A stretch of 55,310 bases of DNA from positions 1 to 55,310 of IMG/VR virus record IMGVR_UViG_3300039109_000093. The stretch is one strand, 5' to 3'. How positions within the stretch are numbered: the first letter of the stretch is position 1; each line of letters begins with the position of its first letter. The notes beneath the pieces were generated by a model. It made no database searches and was not told where the DNA came from. It saw only the letters and a list, made by a program, of their open reading frames with translations. Origin of the DNA: a virus. Lineage: Duplodnaviria; Caudoviricetes. Shown here piece after piece: positions 28,909 to 38,392 of the stretch. Both the position numbers and the translations under genes were made by a program.

Positions 28909-28956
28909 CCCTGCCCAGAGCCCCAAGCCGGGGCATGCCCTGGTCCATCCATCCGA

Positions 28957-29006
28957 TAGCGCCCCACCTCGCACCGCCCGTCCCCGGGGTGTGGGGTGGG
29001 GCGCTG
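28957..29006 (+). terminator. hairpin ending the inverted cassette
   Basis: ATAGCGCCCCACC / GGTGGGGCGCTGT inverted repeat. Confidence 0.6.
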
Positions 29007-29104
29007 TTCGTGGTTCTGCGGTCAGGTGTGGTTCTTGCAGAGCGGTGCGGCCTCGTCGAGCGCGGACGTGACCGAGTCCAGTTCCGCGCTCGCGTCCCCG
29101 CCAC

Positions 29105-29871
29105 TTTCCAGCGCGTCACTGCGTCGGTGGCCAAGGCGGCGTCAGCGGGGGCGCGGCTCTGGGTGAGGACACGAGTCACAGCATCAGAGCCTGGAGCACT
29201 GTCGGGGGTGGCTCGGGCGTACTGGATCGTATAGGTCGGCTGGACGGTGAAGTAGGTAGCCGTCGCACCAGCAGCGGCGTCACACAGCAACTCGAAGTTC
29301 ACTGCCGCCGTGGGGGGAGTCGCCACCGTCGCGACGATGTGCGTGAAGTAGACCTCAACTTGCAACTTGTCCCCGCAGCCAGGACGGTCGGCGAGCCGGT
29401 GGTGAAGGTGGCGGTAGCCAGAGCGTTGGTGCCGTTGCCAGACGCCCCCGCCACTGTTGCAGAGGTGGATCGTCCGATCTCAGTGCTGGCCCCACCAATG
29501 GCCGCGATCTGGTAGAGGACGAAGGTGATCTGGAAACTGTGCGCGGTGGCGAGGGTTTCGCCGTCCTTCTGGACAGCGAACTGCGCCGTCCAGGTACCCG
29601 CAGCATAGGTGACCTGATCCCCGGCATTCTCGGCCACCGGGTCACGCCATCCCGTGTTGGTAGCAGCAGAACCCACTACCCCAGGACCGGATCCCAAAGT
29701 AGACGCACCTGCTGGGGTAAACCGCTTCGTAGCGAGTATCCCGCCCGTAGTAAACGCGACCTGCGTAGTGGCAGTGACCGCTGAACCGAGCGTGTTGAGG
29801 TCGGCCAGCGGGGAGACGTTCGGTGACGTAAACACAGTCCGCAAGGCGCGAACCCGTGCGGTACGGGCCAT
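29105..29871 (-). pseudogene. frameshifted and 3'-truncated virion accessory gene
   Basis: ORFs 29299..29871 and 28769..29365 join as ...VLAAG-DKLQVEVYF if one G is added to the GGGG run near 29371-29374; coding signal is lost after ...TDAVTR. Confidence 0.65.
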
Positions 29872-29872
29872 T

Positions 29873-30091
29873 TTAGCCTCCCGAGATAGTCAGCGTCCAC
29901 CAACCAGTACTAGCCTCGACAGCCGCGCCGAGACCGGGGTTGGCTCCATGATCGGTGAGATAGGTGTACGCCTCATCGGTGATAGTCTGGATATCCAGCG
30001 CCGAAGAGAACGTCGTGACGTAGGTGGCGGCAGCGGCGAGGGCGGTAAGCGCCTCGTCGTACTTGGCAGCCCGTTCTGGCGGGACAGCCAT
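29873..30091 (-). CDS. small hypothetical protein
   Basis: 72-aa ORF tightly packed between neighbours. Confidence 0.6.
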   Translation of the reverse strand: MAVPPERAAKYDEALTALAAAATYVTTFSSALDIQTITDEAYTYLTDHGANPGLGAAVEASTGWWTLTISGG

Positions 30092-30092
30092 A

Positions 30093-30455
30093 TCAGATCG
30101 CCCGCTTGCGGTGCTCGCCGAGGGTCATGCGCTTCTTGTGGTTGTGGTTCCAGCAGAGCACCTGGAAGTCACTCGGGCTGTCGAGCATGGCCTTGTAGTA
30201 GGTGTACGGGTTCTTGTCCTTGCGGTCGACCCCCCCGCCACCACGAACGTGGTCGATGGTCAGCATGTCCGTGTCGTCCACGGAGCATCCCTCCCAGACA
30301 CACTTGCCGCCGAGAGAGGCCACCACTTTGAGGCGCATGTTGCGGGTGATCTCGTTACTGGCGTCGGTAGAGCAGCGTTTGCAGTGGGAGAGTCGTCCGT
30401 CGCGCATCCCACCGCCCCGGTGGAAGTGCTCAAGCGACTTGATCTCACCACACGC
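30093..30455 (-). pseudogene. HNH endonuclease with a disrupted 5' end
   Basis: CGEIKSLEHFH...CKRC...LGGKC...LTIDHV...QVLCWNHN; the open frame begins after a TAA; an internal ATG exists at 30407. Confidence 0.65.
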
Positions 30456-30576
30456 TTACACCCCATGTTGCCTTTACCCACCACCACAACTCAATGTCAT
30501 TTTCTTCATCTGTGTTGCTAGGGTCTGTACCAGGCCACCTACTTAGCACAAATTTCTGCCCAACTACCGACGTCAT
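30445..30576 (-). pseudogene. 43-aa stub resembling a terminase large-subunit N-terminus
   Basis: GAGG RBS; MTSVVGQKFVLSRWPGTDPSNTDEENDIELWWWVKATWGVSVW*; resemblance is from recall, not a search. Confidence 0.4.
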
Positions 30577-30600
30577 CTCAGATACCTCTAGTCAAGTTCA

Positions 30601-32214
30601 TCAGCGCGACGGGAATCCAACGAACCCAGGACCATCAAAAGCATACTTGTCGTGGTTGTTCACACCCGACACGACGACCTCCTTCATGAACGACGCCACT
30701 GGGACACCACCGATGGTGCACTTGCCAACGACGAACAGGTCGGACACCGACCACGTGTCGGTGCTGGCGAAGAAGGCCGTCCAGGCGTTCGGATCTCCGG
30801 GGCTGACTGTCAGTGGGAAGTAATAGATCGTTGCACCCGTAGCAGCGGCCCATGTCACGCCGTCGGCGGTGAGGTACTCCGCTCGCCCGTAGGTGAGGTT
30901 GAAACGACCGATGGCGATGGACGGCACCGGGTTGGCGTCGAGGACGAGTGTCACATTTGAGTTGGTGTCGAAAACGACCATACCCACCAGAAGCGGGAGT
31001 CCGGGGGTGAAGTGACGAGCGTCCGTGGCTGCGGTGGCAGGGCCAGCGCCAACGAGCATCCGGTAGTTGGGATTCGAGGCTGTCAGGACGTAGGCGAAGA
31101 TGTTCCCCGACTCAAGGCCAACTGCCCCCGCAGGGGCAGTGATGGTATCCGTCTTGTTCCAGATGCCGGTCGGGAGTTGGTCGGACCAGGAGAAGAACGC
31201 CGATCCCCACCCGGCCTCGCCACCCTCGGTGGCGGAGATGAACGTGTGAGTGTTGGCGACGACGAGAGCGCCCGCGTCCTGCAACACCGCGTTCCAGGTG
31301 AGGCCATTGATGCCAGTACCAGCGGCGTTCGTGACACGTGCGTTGAGGAACGCCAGATTGGAAGTGAGTCGCTGCGCCCCAACATCCTTGGACAGCGGCG
31401 GGGTGCCGAACGAGGCGTCATTGTCCTGGTGCATGAATGTGAACGTCAGGCGCGGATCGACAGTCGCTGATGCTTCGGTCATCGTCAGAACTGTCCACGG
31501 GATAGCGACGAGAGCCGCGTTCGGGACGGTCGTCACCGTCGCGTCGGTATTGCTACTCGCAGGGAAACGGTTGTCTGTGACGCCCTGCGCTGTGGTGAAC
31601 ACCGTCGTCGTTGAGGCTGCGGAGGCGACCGCTGCCAGCGCACCTAGTTTCGTGCTCACCGTATAGGACTTGTACGGTGCGGCCCCGAGAGTCGTGGTTG
31701 CCGTGATCGTGTCGGGGTAGGCGTAGGACGCGGCATTCAAGGTGGTGACGGCGGTCGTCGTGCCACGCACCCAGCCCTGATCGTGCTGACTGACAGTAAA
31801 GCCCGTCTCGGGGGTGTTGTTCGTCAGGTCGGTGTCCATGTTGTACGTACCCCCGACCCCGCCAGTGGTGTTGACGGCGTGGATTCTCATACGCAATGTC
31901 CCAGCCCGCAACGCACCACCAGTCAGGCCGGTATCGGTGAAGAACAACGTGGCGGTCTGCGGTGCGTGCGGAGTAGACCCTGGCGCTGTAGCGAGAGCGA
32001 ACGAATGAACGAGAGTCGCACCATTGTCGATGTAGACGTCGAGGGTGAGAGCGTCAGGGTTGTTCCCGAACACCGTTCCTGTCACTGATTCCGCAACGGT
32101 GATGACCACCGACGACCCAGCAGCGGTGTCCTGAACAGCAGCCGTCGCCGTCCAGATCCGTGAGCCCAAAGCCTGGGACATGACAAGGGTGGAGATGCGA
32201 CTGACGACGGCCAT
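30601..32214 (-). CDS. large Thr/Ala/Gly-rich virion accessory protein
   Basis: 537 aa beta-rich composition; coupled to the upstream gene. Confidence 0.65.
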   Translation of the reverse strand: MAVVSRISTLVMSQALGSRIWTATAAVQDTAAGSSVVITVAESVTGTVFGNNPDALTLDVYIDNGATLVHSFALATAPGSTPHAPQTATLFFTDTGLTGGALRAGTLRMRIHAVNTTGGVGGTYNMDTDLTNNTPETGFTVSQHDQGWVRGTTTAVTTLNAASYAYPDTITATTTLGAAPYKSYTVSTKLGALAAVASAASTTTVFTTAQGVTDNRFPASSNTDATVTTVPNAALVAIPWTVLTMTEASATVDPRLTFTFMHQDNDASFGTPPLSKDVGAQRLTSNLAFLNARVTNAAGTGINGLTWNAVLQDAGALVVANTHTFISATEGGEAGWGSAFFSWSDQLPTGIWNKTDTITAPAGAVGLESGNIFAYVLTASNPNYRMLVGAGPATAATDARHFTPGLPLLVGMVVFDTNSNVTLVLDANPVPSIAIGRFNLTYGRAEYLTADGVTWAAATGATIYYFPLTVSPGDPNAWTAFFASTDTWSVSDLFVVGKCTIGGVPVASFMKEVVVSGVNNHDKYAFDGPGFVGFPSR

Positions 32215-32744
32215 CAGGACGCCCAGGTCGCAGCGGCACGATCAGCCCAGGCGAAACCACTAGCAGTCTCCACGGCACCCAGGGGCTTACCACTGGCATC
32301 AAGAGTTACTCGGCTACCACGAAACGCAACGGTTGCAGCAGCGGTGCCGTCAGGTGCCTCTGCGACATAAATTCTGGTTGGGTCACTTGAAGTTACGTCA
32401 AGCCACAAGTGATACCCGGTTGCCGGTGACCTGGCTAGCATCCGTTCAACCAACCCCCGCTGGTCCGACACCTTGACGTTCCCACTGGTGAGGGTCGCAT
32501 CCTTCGCCAACCCGGTTTCTGGATTTGTTGTGGGATTAGAGATTGCAACAGTTCCATCAACTGTGATCGGACCAGAACCATCGCTAACCGTGACTGCCCC
32601 ATGCACCAACTGATCGTCAGTGGCTTTCGTCAGGGCTAGGGTTGCGTCCCGAATTGCTGTTGCCAACGCCTCCAACCCGTCTACGGCTGCCAAAACACTA
32701 GCCAGGGTTGCGTCCTTGGCTAAACCAGATGGGATAACTGGCAT
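32214..32744 (-). CDS. virion accessory protein with an internal GLAKDATL repeat
   Basis: GLAKDATL twice; ITVDGTVAISN fibre-like motif; A/T-richer codons. Confidence 0.65.
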   Translation of the reverse strand: MPVIPSGLAKDATLASVLAAVDGLEALATAIRDATLALTKATDDQLVHGAVTVSDGSGPITVDGTVAISNPTTNPETGLAKDATLTSGNVKVSDQRGLVERMLARSPATGYHLWLDVTSSDPTRIYVAEAPDGTAAATVAFRGSRVTLDASGKPLGAVETASGFAWADRAAATWAS

Positions 32745-33079
32745 CAGGTCACCGTCCAGAAATCAACTAAATTTCCAAGCGCGTCTGTCTCTACCCACAA
32801 TGCCGGTGTCACAGGGTCTACCGGAGAAGTTTCTTGGATGTATACGTTCTGAATTCCGAACCCACGGATTCCCTGAATGCCTTGAGTCCCCGGAACCTCT
32901 AATGTTGTGACAATAGGATTTGGGAGAACAATAACTTCTGTAACAGAAGGAGTAAAAGTAACAGCAATTTCTGAATCTTGAGTCAGGGCTACTGTTGCAT
33001 CTTCGTTAACGACAGAAACAATCGTTGTGTTGTCTACAACGATTGTGTTGCCTTCTACAGTGAGAAGAATATCCGTCAC
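32744..33079 (-). CDS. virion accessory protein with a short collagen-like stretch
   Basis: VPGTQGIQGIRG; A/T-rich codons. Confidence 0.62.
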   Translation of the reverse strand: MTDILLTVEGNTIVVDNTTIVSVVNEDATVALTQDSEIAVTFTPSVTEVIVLPNPIVTTLEVPGTQGIQGIRGFGIQNVYIQETSPVDPVTPALWVETDALGNLVDFWTVT

Positions 33080-33435
33080 GGAGATACGCCTACTCCCCTA
33101 GTGACGTTAGGGTTGATCTTTACCTTTCCTTGCAGGAGTCTTGTAACATCACCACTAGGGGCAACAATTTCTAGGTCATAAACACCTACAGAAATTGTAA
33201 GTGCCGTAGTCAACGTGTCGCTGACTTTGACAGTACAGTGACCAATATTATCAAAAGTAAACTGCACCCCAGAGATATCTAACGCTGGGGTCGCATCAGC
33301 CATTGTACCTCTTACCTGCATCCTCCCAGAATATCCGGTGAGATCGACATAGGTGAGGTCATTATTCTGTAGCCGTAATGGGAGAATAAAAGTTGCTCCC
33401 TTTTCGATGGTCAAGTTCAATGTTGCTGCTGCCAT
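33076..33435 (-). CDS. LtfC/BppU-N-like beta-sandwich virion protein
   Basis: LNLTIEKGATF...VDLTGYSGRMQVR...GVYDLEI...RLLQGKV. Confidence 0.75.
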   Translation of the reverse strand: MAAATLNLTIEKGATFILPLRLQNNDLTYVDLTGYSGRMQVRGTMADATPALDISGVQFTFDNIGHCTVKVSDTLTTALTISVGVYDLEIVAPSGDVTRLLQGKVKINPNVTRGVGVSP

Positions 33436-33557
33436 TTTTCTCTACCTCTTTGTAAATAAGTGTAGGAAGCCGTCTGGGTTCAGCCCCAAGAAGGTCTTCT
33501 TCACTGCGCTCCCTTTCGTCGGACCCAGACCTCGGGCTCCTGAATAAGAAATCGTCA

Positions 33558-33610
33558 CGGTGGTCGGCTAACTGACTCGGGCTGGCATGACTTAGGCGAG
33601 CCGACCACCG
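33558..33610 (-). terminator. hairpin after the capsid operon
   Basis: CGGTGGTCGGCT / AGCCGACCACCG inverted repeat; a palindrome copy is adjacent at 33622-33639. Confidence 0.6.
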
Positions 33611-33678
33611 CGACATGATGTTGCCAACGGGCGTTGTCAGCTAGACAGGTGCCCCGAATCCTGGGGGCGGCACCATGC

Positions 33679-34344
33679 TCATCGCTCGCCCTCCCGACCT
33701 TCGCGCTCCGGCCTACGGACCCCACCGAGGTCGAAGACCGCGTCGGGCTGACTGGCCGCCTTGCGGTACCGCTCCGCGATGACCTCGTCCAGGATGGCGA
33801 TCTGGGACACCGCAGCGTCCACCGCCTCAGCCATCTCTCGCAGCTTGCGGATCGGCACCTGGCCCAGCTTGGAGACCTCGATGCGGAAGGCGTCACCCTT
33901 GAGCTCGTAGATGGCCAGCAGATCCTTGGTGGAGACCGCGTCGGTGCTCGCCGTCTTCTTGTCCAGGTTCTGGTCCTTGTCCACCCGGACCAGCAAGCCG
34001 TTGACGAACGGGTCGAACTTGGGGTCCGACACGTTCTCCTGGTTCATCTCCCGGTCGGCCCTGGAGATCCGCAGCTTCTGCCCCGACTTCTTGGGCCCCA
34101 CCGACAGGTCCTTGTTGATCGGCTGGCCGTTGCGGGTGTAGCTGGTGACCTGGACCCAGACCCGGCCCTCGGTCGTGATCTCCCAGGTCTCCATGTCCTT
34201 GGTGGCATCGTCCTCGATGCTGCGATTGGTGCCCTGCGAGGCGCCGTACTCGTGAGGCGCAGTGTGCACTGTGCCTGCGTGCTTCTGGGGCGTCTTGCCC
34301 TGTGTCACCAGGCGCTTTGCCGCGCCCGCCGCTGTCCCTGCCAT
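33679..34344 (-). CDS. hypothetical protein downstream of capsid
   Basis: 221 aa with strong genome-typical codon bias. Confidence 0.7.
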   Translation of the reverse strand: MAGTAAGAAKRLVTQGKTPQKHAGTVHTAPHEYGASQGTNRSIEDDATKDMETWEITTEGRVWVQVTSYTRNGQPINKDLSVGPKKSGQKLRISRADREMNQENVSDPKFDPFVNGLLVRVDKDQNLDKKTASTDAVSTKDLLAIYELKGDAFRIEVSKLGQVPIRKLREMAEAVDAAVSQIAILDEVIAERYRKAASQPDAVFDLGGVRRPEREGREGER

Positions 34345-34525
34345 TACTGCCGCCCAGTCTGCTGGTTGCCCAGCCAGTCGTTGGTGCTGACGCGGGCGGT
34401 GTCCGCCCTACAGGGGAGTTGTCGGCTCAGGAGGGTCATCATCTTCGTGCTGGTCAGCGCAAGACCATCCCTCGGGAGGGAGGAAGGGAGCGTCTCCTTC
34501 GCCCAGACCCAGAAGCTCGCTGGGG

Positions 34526-34777
34526 CTAGCAAGTTCCGGGCTCCCCTCCCCGATGTGCCCGGTAGTAGGCAATGCACGTACAGCACAGCACGCAGTCGAA
34601 GTTGTAGCGAACAGCGTCCGCCACGAACACCACATGTAGATCGAGAAGACCGGGCTGCACTGAACGCGAGCAGTCCCAGCAGGACGTGAAGCCATCGAGG
34701 TCATCATCCTTGACGCCCATCTCCTGAATCACATCCGCCGTCACCAGTAGGTCGGTGTTGACCTCTCCGATCTTCAT
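34526..34777 (-). CDS. small Cys-rich protein
   Basis: MKIGEVN...CWDC...CCTC; ATGA overlap with the EndoVII stop. Confidence 0.55.
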   Translation of the reverse strand: MKIGEVNTDLLVTADVIQEMGVKDDDLDGFTSCWDCSRSVQPGLLDLHVVFVADAVRYNFDCVLCCTCIAYYRAHRGGEPGTC

Positions 34778-35502
34778 GCTGACCTCTGGAGGTAGGAAAC
34801 TGCGTCGATGTACCACTGGAGCTTGGCGCTCTGGTGAAGACGAACATTGCAGCCTCGACACAACATCCCACGGAAGATCCCAGTTTCATGATCGTGGTCC
34901 ACGTCAGTGGCTGCGTTCGCGCAAGAGGCAATACGACAGATCGGGTCTCTGGCTAGTTCCGCCTGCATATCCTCCGGCGTCATGGGACGCGGTCCAACTA
35001 CCGGCGACACATAGGTGATCTTGGCGTACCGACGCTTCTGACCCTCGATCCTCTTGGCCTCGGTGCGGTCAGGACGACCCCGCTCGTACTCCCTCATCTT
35101 GCCAAGGTGGCACTCCTTGCAGATGGAATAGAGGTAGCCCTTCGACCTGTAAAACTCCTCGATGGGTCGCAAGCGAGCGCACTTGGTACAGACCTTCTCC
35201 TGGAGACCAGCTCGCTCGACCTGGACCGATTCACGACGAGCAGCAGCACGTTCCTTGAGGTCGAGCTCGTAGCAGTTGGTCGAACAGAACCGCTTGGAGC
35301 TCAACGTCCAGGAGGACCACTCAAAGAGGTTCTCGCAGAGCACCCGGCCGCAAGGACGGCGCTCTCGCACCTCCGGCTCCCGTCCCGCAAAGCGGTACTG
35401 ACGAGCCCTCTCGTTCTTGTGCTCTCGGCAATAGGCATCCGTTCCCTTCCGTCCAGTGATCCGTTCTTGATCGCAACCTTGAGGCCATGCACATTGAGTC
35501 AT
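34774..35502 (-). CDS. Endonuclease VII-type homing nuclease with multiple Zn fingers
   Basis: Several CxxC motifs; DVDHDHETGIFRGMLCRGCN. Confidence 0.88.
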   Translation of the reverse strand: MTQCAWPQGCDQERITGRKGTDAYCREHKNERARQYRFAGREPEVRERRPCGRVLCENLFEWSSWTLSSKRFCSTNCYELDLKERAAARRESVQVERAGLQEKVCTKCARLRPIEEFYRSKGYLYSICKECHLGKMREYERGRPDRTEAKRIEGQKRRYAKITYVSPVVGPRPMTPEDMQAELARDPICRIASCANAATDVDHDHETGIFRGMLCRGCNVRLHQSAKLQWYIDAVSYLQRSA

Positions 35503-35604
35503 GCGAGAGAACGTATGACTAAAGTTCCATCATGTCAAATGTAGATTATCGTCACTACTGTTCCAGGAAAGATTGTTGACTACTTCGTACATGCAGACAT
35601 ACGA

Positions 35605-35635
35605 GAGGGGCACCTCCCGAAGAAGATGCCCCTCT
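35605..35635 (-). terminator. terminator-like hairpin after major capsid gene
   Basis: AGAGGGGCA / TGCCCCTCT inverted repeat. Confidence 0.6.
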
Positions 35636-35653
35636 GTAATGTACGGGAAGCTG

Positions 35654-36628
35654 TTACACTTCCGTAACGCTGGAGTCGACCAGGCGGCGGGACTGTTCGG
35701 GGTGATGTACGAGTCCCCCGATATCCTTCCTAGCCCTATAGTGCCTGTAGTCTACCGTGTTTTCCTCCCACGACTTCGTGACGAGATCGCCGTACATGGC
35801 GAACTTGCCGACCGTGCCGCCGAAGACCCACAGCTCGTTCGCCGGGATGTAGGGCAGCGCGTTCTCATCCGTGTAGTTGATGACCTGGATGACGTTCGCG
35901 CCACGGTAGACACCGAGCCGACCCTTGGCCCGGATCTCCTCCGTCGCCTCGGGGTCGAACCCGAGGTTGAAGTCGGAGAGCTGGTCGACCATGGAGGCCC
36001 GCCCGATGATGGTCACCGGGACCGGGCCGACGCCGTTGGGCTTGATGGCGTCACGGACCTCCCGGATCGCCGTGTCGACCTGGGTCTTGGTGATACCCGA
36101 CGACGCCACGTAGTACGGGCTGGAGCTCGGCACCGCCTCCTGGAGGAGGTTGAACATGCGCCGGTTGACCTCGGCCTCCAGCCGGGCCTGGCCGAGGGTG
36201 ACCATGTCCTCGATGGACTCCGCGAAGTTGGCTCGCAGCTTGTCCTCGTGCTCGGAGACGTGGAAACCGATGGTGTCCCTGGGAAGCTCCCAGTCCTCGA
36301 CCTTGAGCTGGCTCTCCTCGATGTACCCACCCCGAGAGGTGTAGAACACCTTGAGGCCACGCCGCTCGCGAACGATCACCCGGTCGAACTCCCCGACACG
36401 CTCCACCTGGAAGTACGTGCCAAACAGGTTCTCGAAGGTGAACTGGTAGTCCAGGATGGACGCGACGTCGGACGCCACCTCGCGGTGGAATGCCGGGTCG
36501 TCCCACTCGGACTTGGCCCGCTCGTTGAGATCGGCCGCCTGCCGCTCGTACTCCGCGAAGGCCTCCGGGTTGTGACCCCAGGGGTTCGCGCCGCCCAGGG
36601 TCCGGTTGAAGTCCATGACACCGCTCAT
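35654..36628 (-). CDS. major capsid protein
   Basis: 324 aa from MSGVMDFN; follows scaffold and decoration genes; GRLGVYRGANVI motif; high codon bias. Confidence 0.88.
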   Translation of the reverse strand: MSGVMDFNRTLGGANPWGHNPEAFAEYERQAADLNERAKSEWDDPAFHREVASDVASILDYQFTFENLFGTYFQVERVGEFDRVIVRERRGLKVFYTSRGGYIEESQLKVEDWELPRDTIGFHVSEHEDKLRANFAESIEDMVTLGQARLEAEVNRRMFNLLQEAVPSSSPYYVASSGITKTQVDTAIREVRDAIKPNGVGPVPVTIIGRASMVDQLSDFNLGFDPEATEEIRAKGRLGVYRGANVIQVINYTDENALPYIPANELWVFGGTVGKFAMYGDLVTKSWEENTVDYRHYRARKDIGGLVHHPEQSRRLVDSSVTEV

Positions 36629-37155
36629 CGCGTGAGCACCGCCTCGCAGTAGTCGGTACCGTTCGTGAGCGTGATGCGGAGCATGGAGTCCGAGACCCCG
36701 GTGCCCTTGACGAACCGGGTGCCATCCCAGGCCAGGTAGTCCAGGACGCCTGGGGCGCCCGTGGTCAGGTCGACCATGGTGACGGCCGCGAGGGTGCGAC
36801 CGTCTGCTCGCGTCTGGGCGGCGGTGTTCTTGAACCACACCTTCGCCCCGGCGCCGGAGCAGATGACTGCCAGCCGGTTGTTGCGGGCGACCCCGTAGTA
36901 GAAGGAGTCGATGCGGGACGGGGCGTAGATGCTCCGGTCCCAGATCTCCTCCTGCACCAGCAGGCCGACCGTGCCGCCCTCACCGACCGCGTTGGCGGTG
37001 GCCGCCTTGACGTACCCGGCACTTGCCGTGTCGAACATCACCAGGGTGCCGAGACGGAAGGTGCCCGTCACCGGAACCTTCTGGCGACCCTCGCGGTTGA
37101 GGACCGACTCATCGCTGCGTCGGAACCCGAAGTTCAGCCCGTAGTCACTTGACAT
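36625..37155 (-). CDS. capsid decoration/cement protein
   Basis: From MSSDYGLNFG; between scaffold and capsid; beta-rich. Confidence 0.7.
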   Translation of the reverse strand: MSSDYGLNFGFRRSDESVLNREGRQKVPVTGTFRLGTLVMFDTASAGYVKAATANAVGEGGTVGLLVQEEIWDRSIYAPSRIDSFYYGVARNNRLAVICSGAGAKVWFKNTAAQTRADGRTLAAVTMVDLTTGAPGVLDYLAWDGTRFVKGTGVSDSMLRITLTNGTDYCEAVLTR

Positions 37156-37186
37156 AGTTATGCACCCCACTCATTCGCCATGGTGA

Positions 37187-37795
37187 TCAGCTCTTTCCGG
37201 CCATCGCGGCGCGGCGCGCAGCGAACAGCCCGGTGATGGGGGACTTCTCGGTCTTCTTGTTGCCCAGGTCGCCACCTCGGAAGGCAGCGGACTCGCGCGG
37301 CGGTGCAGCAGCGGCCTTCTGGGTGGCGGCCGTGTGCATGGCGTCGCCCTTGCCCTTGCCGCATACCGAGCACTCAGACGGCTCGTCACCTTCGGGCTTG
37401 AAGGCGTGCGGCCCGACTGCGGCCACCTCGCGCAGCGACTCCAGGTACTCGCCGAAGGTCTCGTCGGCCATCGCCACGATCCGGGTCTCGCGCTCGCCCT
37501 CGACCTTCAGGGCCGGAGCAACCTCAGCCAGCTTGGCGACCCGCTCGGTGCGCTTCGCCTCCTGGGCCTTCTGCGTCTCGACGGACTCCTTGAAGTCCGC
37601 GAGCTCCTTGTCGGCAGTCGCCTTGGCCTCCTCGGCAGCAGTGGCCCGAAGCTCCAGCGCGTCCTTCTCGTTCGAGATGGACGTCACCTGCTCCTGAGCC
37701 TTCGCCGTCTCAGCCTTGGCGGCAGCCGTCTCGCGCTCGACGGCGTCCGCAACAAGTGCGTACGCCTCGCCCTCGGTGAAGGTGCGATCGGCCAT
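37187..37795 (-). CDS. scaffolding protein
   Basis: Ala/Glu/Lys coiled coil; AGGAGGAGGT RBS; position before the capsid genes. Confidence 0.78.
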   Translation of the reverse strand: MADRTFTEGEAYALVADAVERETAAAKAETAKAQEQVTSISNEKDALELRATAAEEAKATADKELADFKESVETQKAQEAKRTERVAKLAEVAPALKVEGERETRIVAMADETFGEYLESLREVAAVGPHAFKPEGDEPSECSVCGKGKGDAMHTAATQKAAAAPPRESAAFRGGDLGNKKTEKSPITGLFAARRAAMAGKS

Positions 37796-37872
37796 GCCTG
37801 ACCTCCTCCTGCTATCGGAGGCCGAGCACGCCTCGGCCCTCGCTGCCTATTTCGACAGGAGGGCCGAGGAAC

Positions 37873-37902
37873 TGACGCTGCTAACGCGCGTTGGCAGAGT
37901 CA
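37873..37902. repeat. dispersed palindrome, intergenic copy upstream of scaffold
   Basis: TGACGCTGCTAACG-CG-CGTTGGCAGAGTCA. Confidence 0.85.
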
Positions 37903-37953
37903 CCTGATGTGGCTGGGGCCAGGAACTCAGAGACCCTGATTAGCCGGGGCTTA

Positions 37954-38202
37954 TCAGAACCCAGGCGTGGAGCTGGTCTCGATGTCCCGGACACCCTGCT
38001 CCGCAAAGGGAAACTGGGCCGCCTTGCTCACCAGCGCCGGGTTGGGATTGCCGTCCCCGGGCAGGTTGTGCGGCGCCCGCTCGTTCGCCAGCGTGTTGGA
38101 GAACGTGGTGTCCACGTCCGGCGCAGTGCTCAGGCCTCGGGCCGGAGAGTGCGCCAGATAGGCCAGCGGATCGGCACCGGACAGCTCGTCGCTGCTGGGC
38201 AT
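37954..38202 (-). CDS. small hypothetical protein
   Basis: GAGGAG RBS; packed in the head operon. Confidence 0.55.
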   Translation of the reverse strand: MPSSDELSGADPLAYLAHSPARGLSTAPDVDTTFSNTLANERAPHNLPGDGNPNPALVSKAAQFPFAEQGVRDIETSSTPGF

Positions 38203-38203
38203 C

Positions 38204-38392
38204 TCAGGTCTCCTCAGGTGTGATCTTGGTATGCGCCGTCACGGTCAGCGTACTGACATGCGGGTGCACCGCAGGGCCGGGCGCCCCGATGGTGATGTCC
38301 GGATGGGTCATCTCCGGATGCGAGACGTCCGGGTCGTAGTCGATCACGTTGTCCGGAGACTGGTCAATCACGTTGTCTGGCTGCTCGGTCAT
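38204..38392 (-). CDS. small hypothetical protein with a PDNVID repeat
   Basis: PDNVID twice; ATGA coupling. Confidence 0.55.
   Translation of the reverse strand: MTEQPDNVIDQSPDNVIDYDPDVSHPEMTHPDITIGAPGPAVHPHVSTLTVTAHTKITPEET

Noticed and set aside
27149-29105. Invertase-controlled tail-fibre switch
   Set aside because: No recombinase gene and no flanking inverted repeats found
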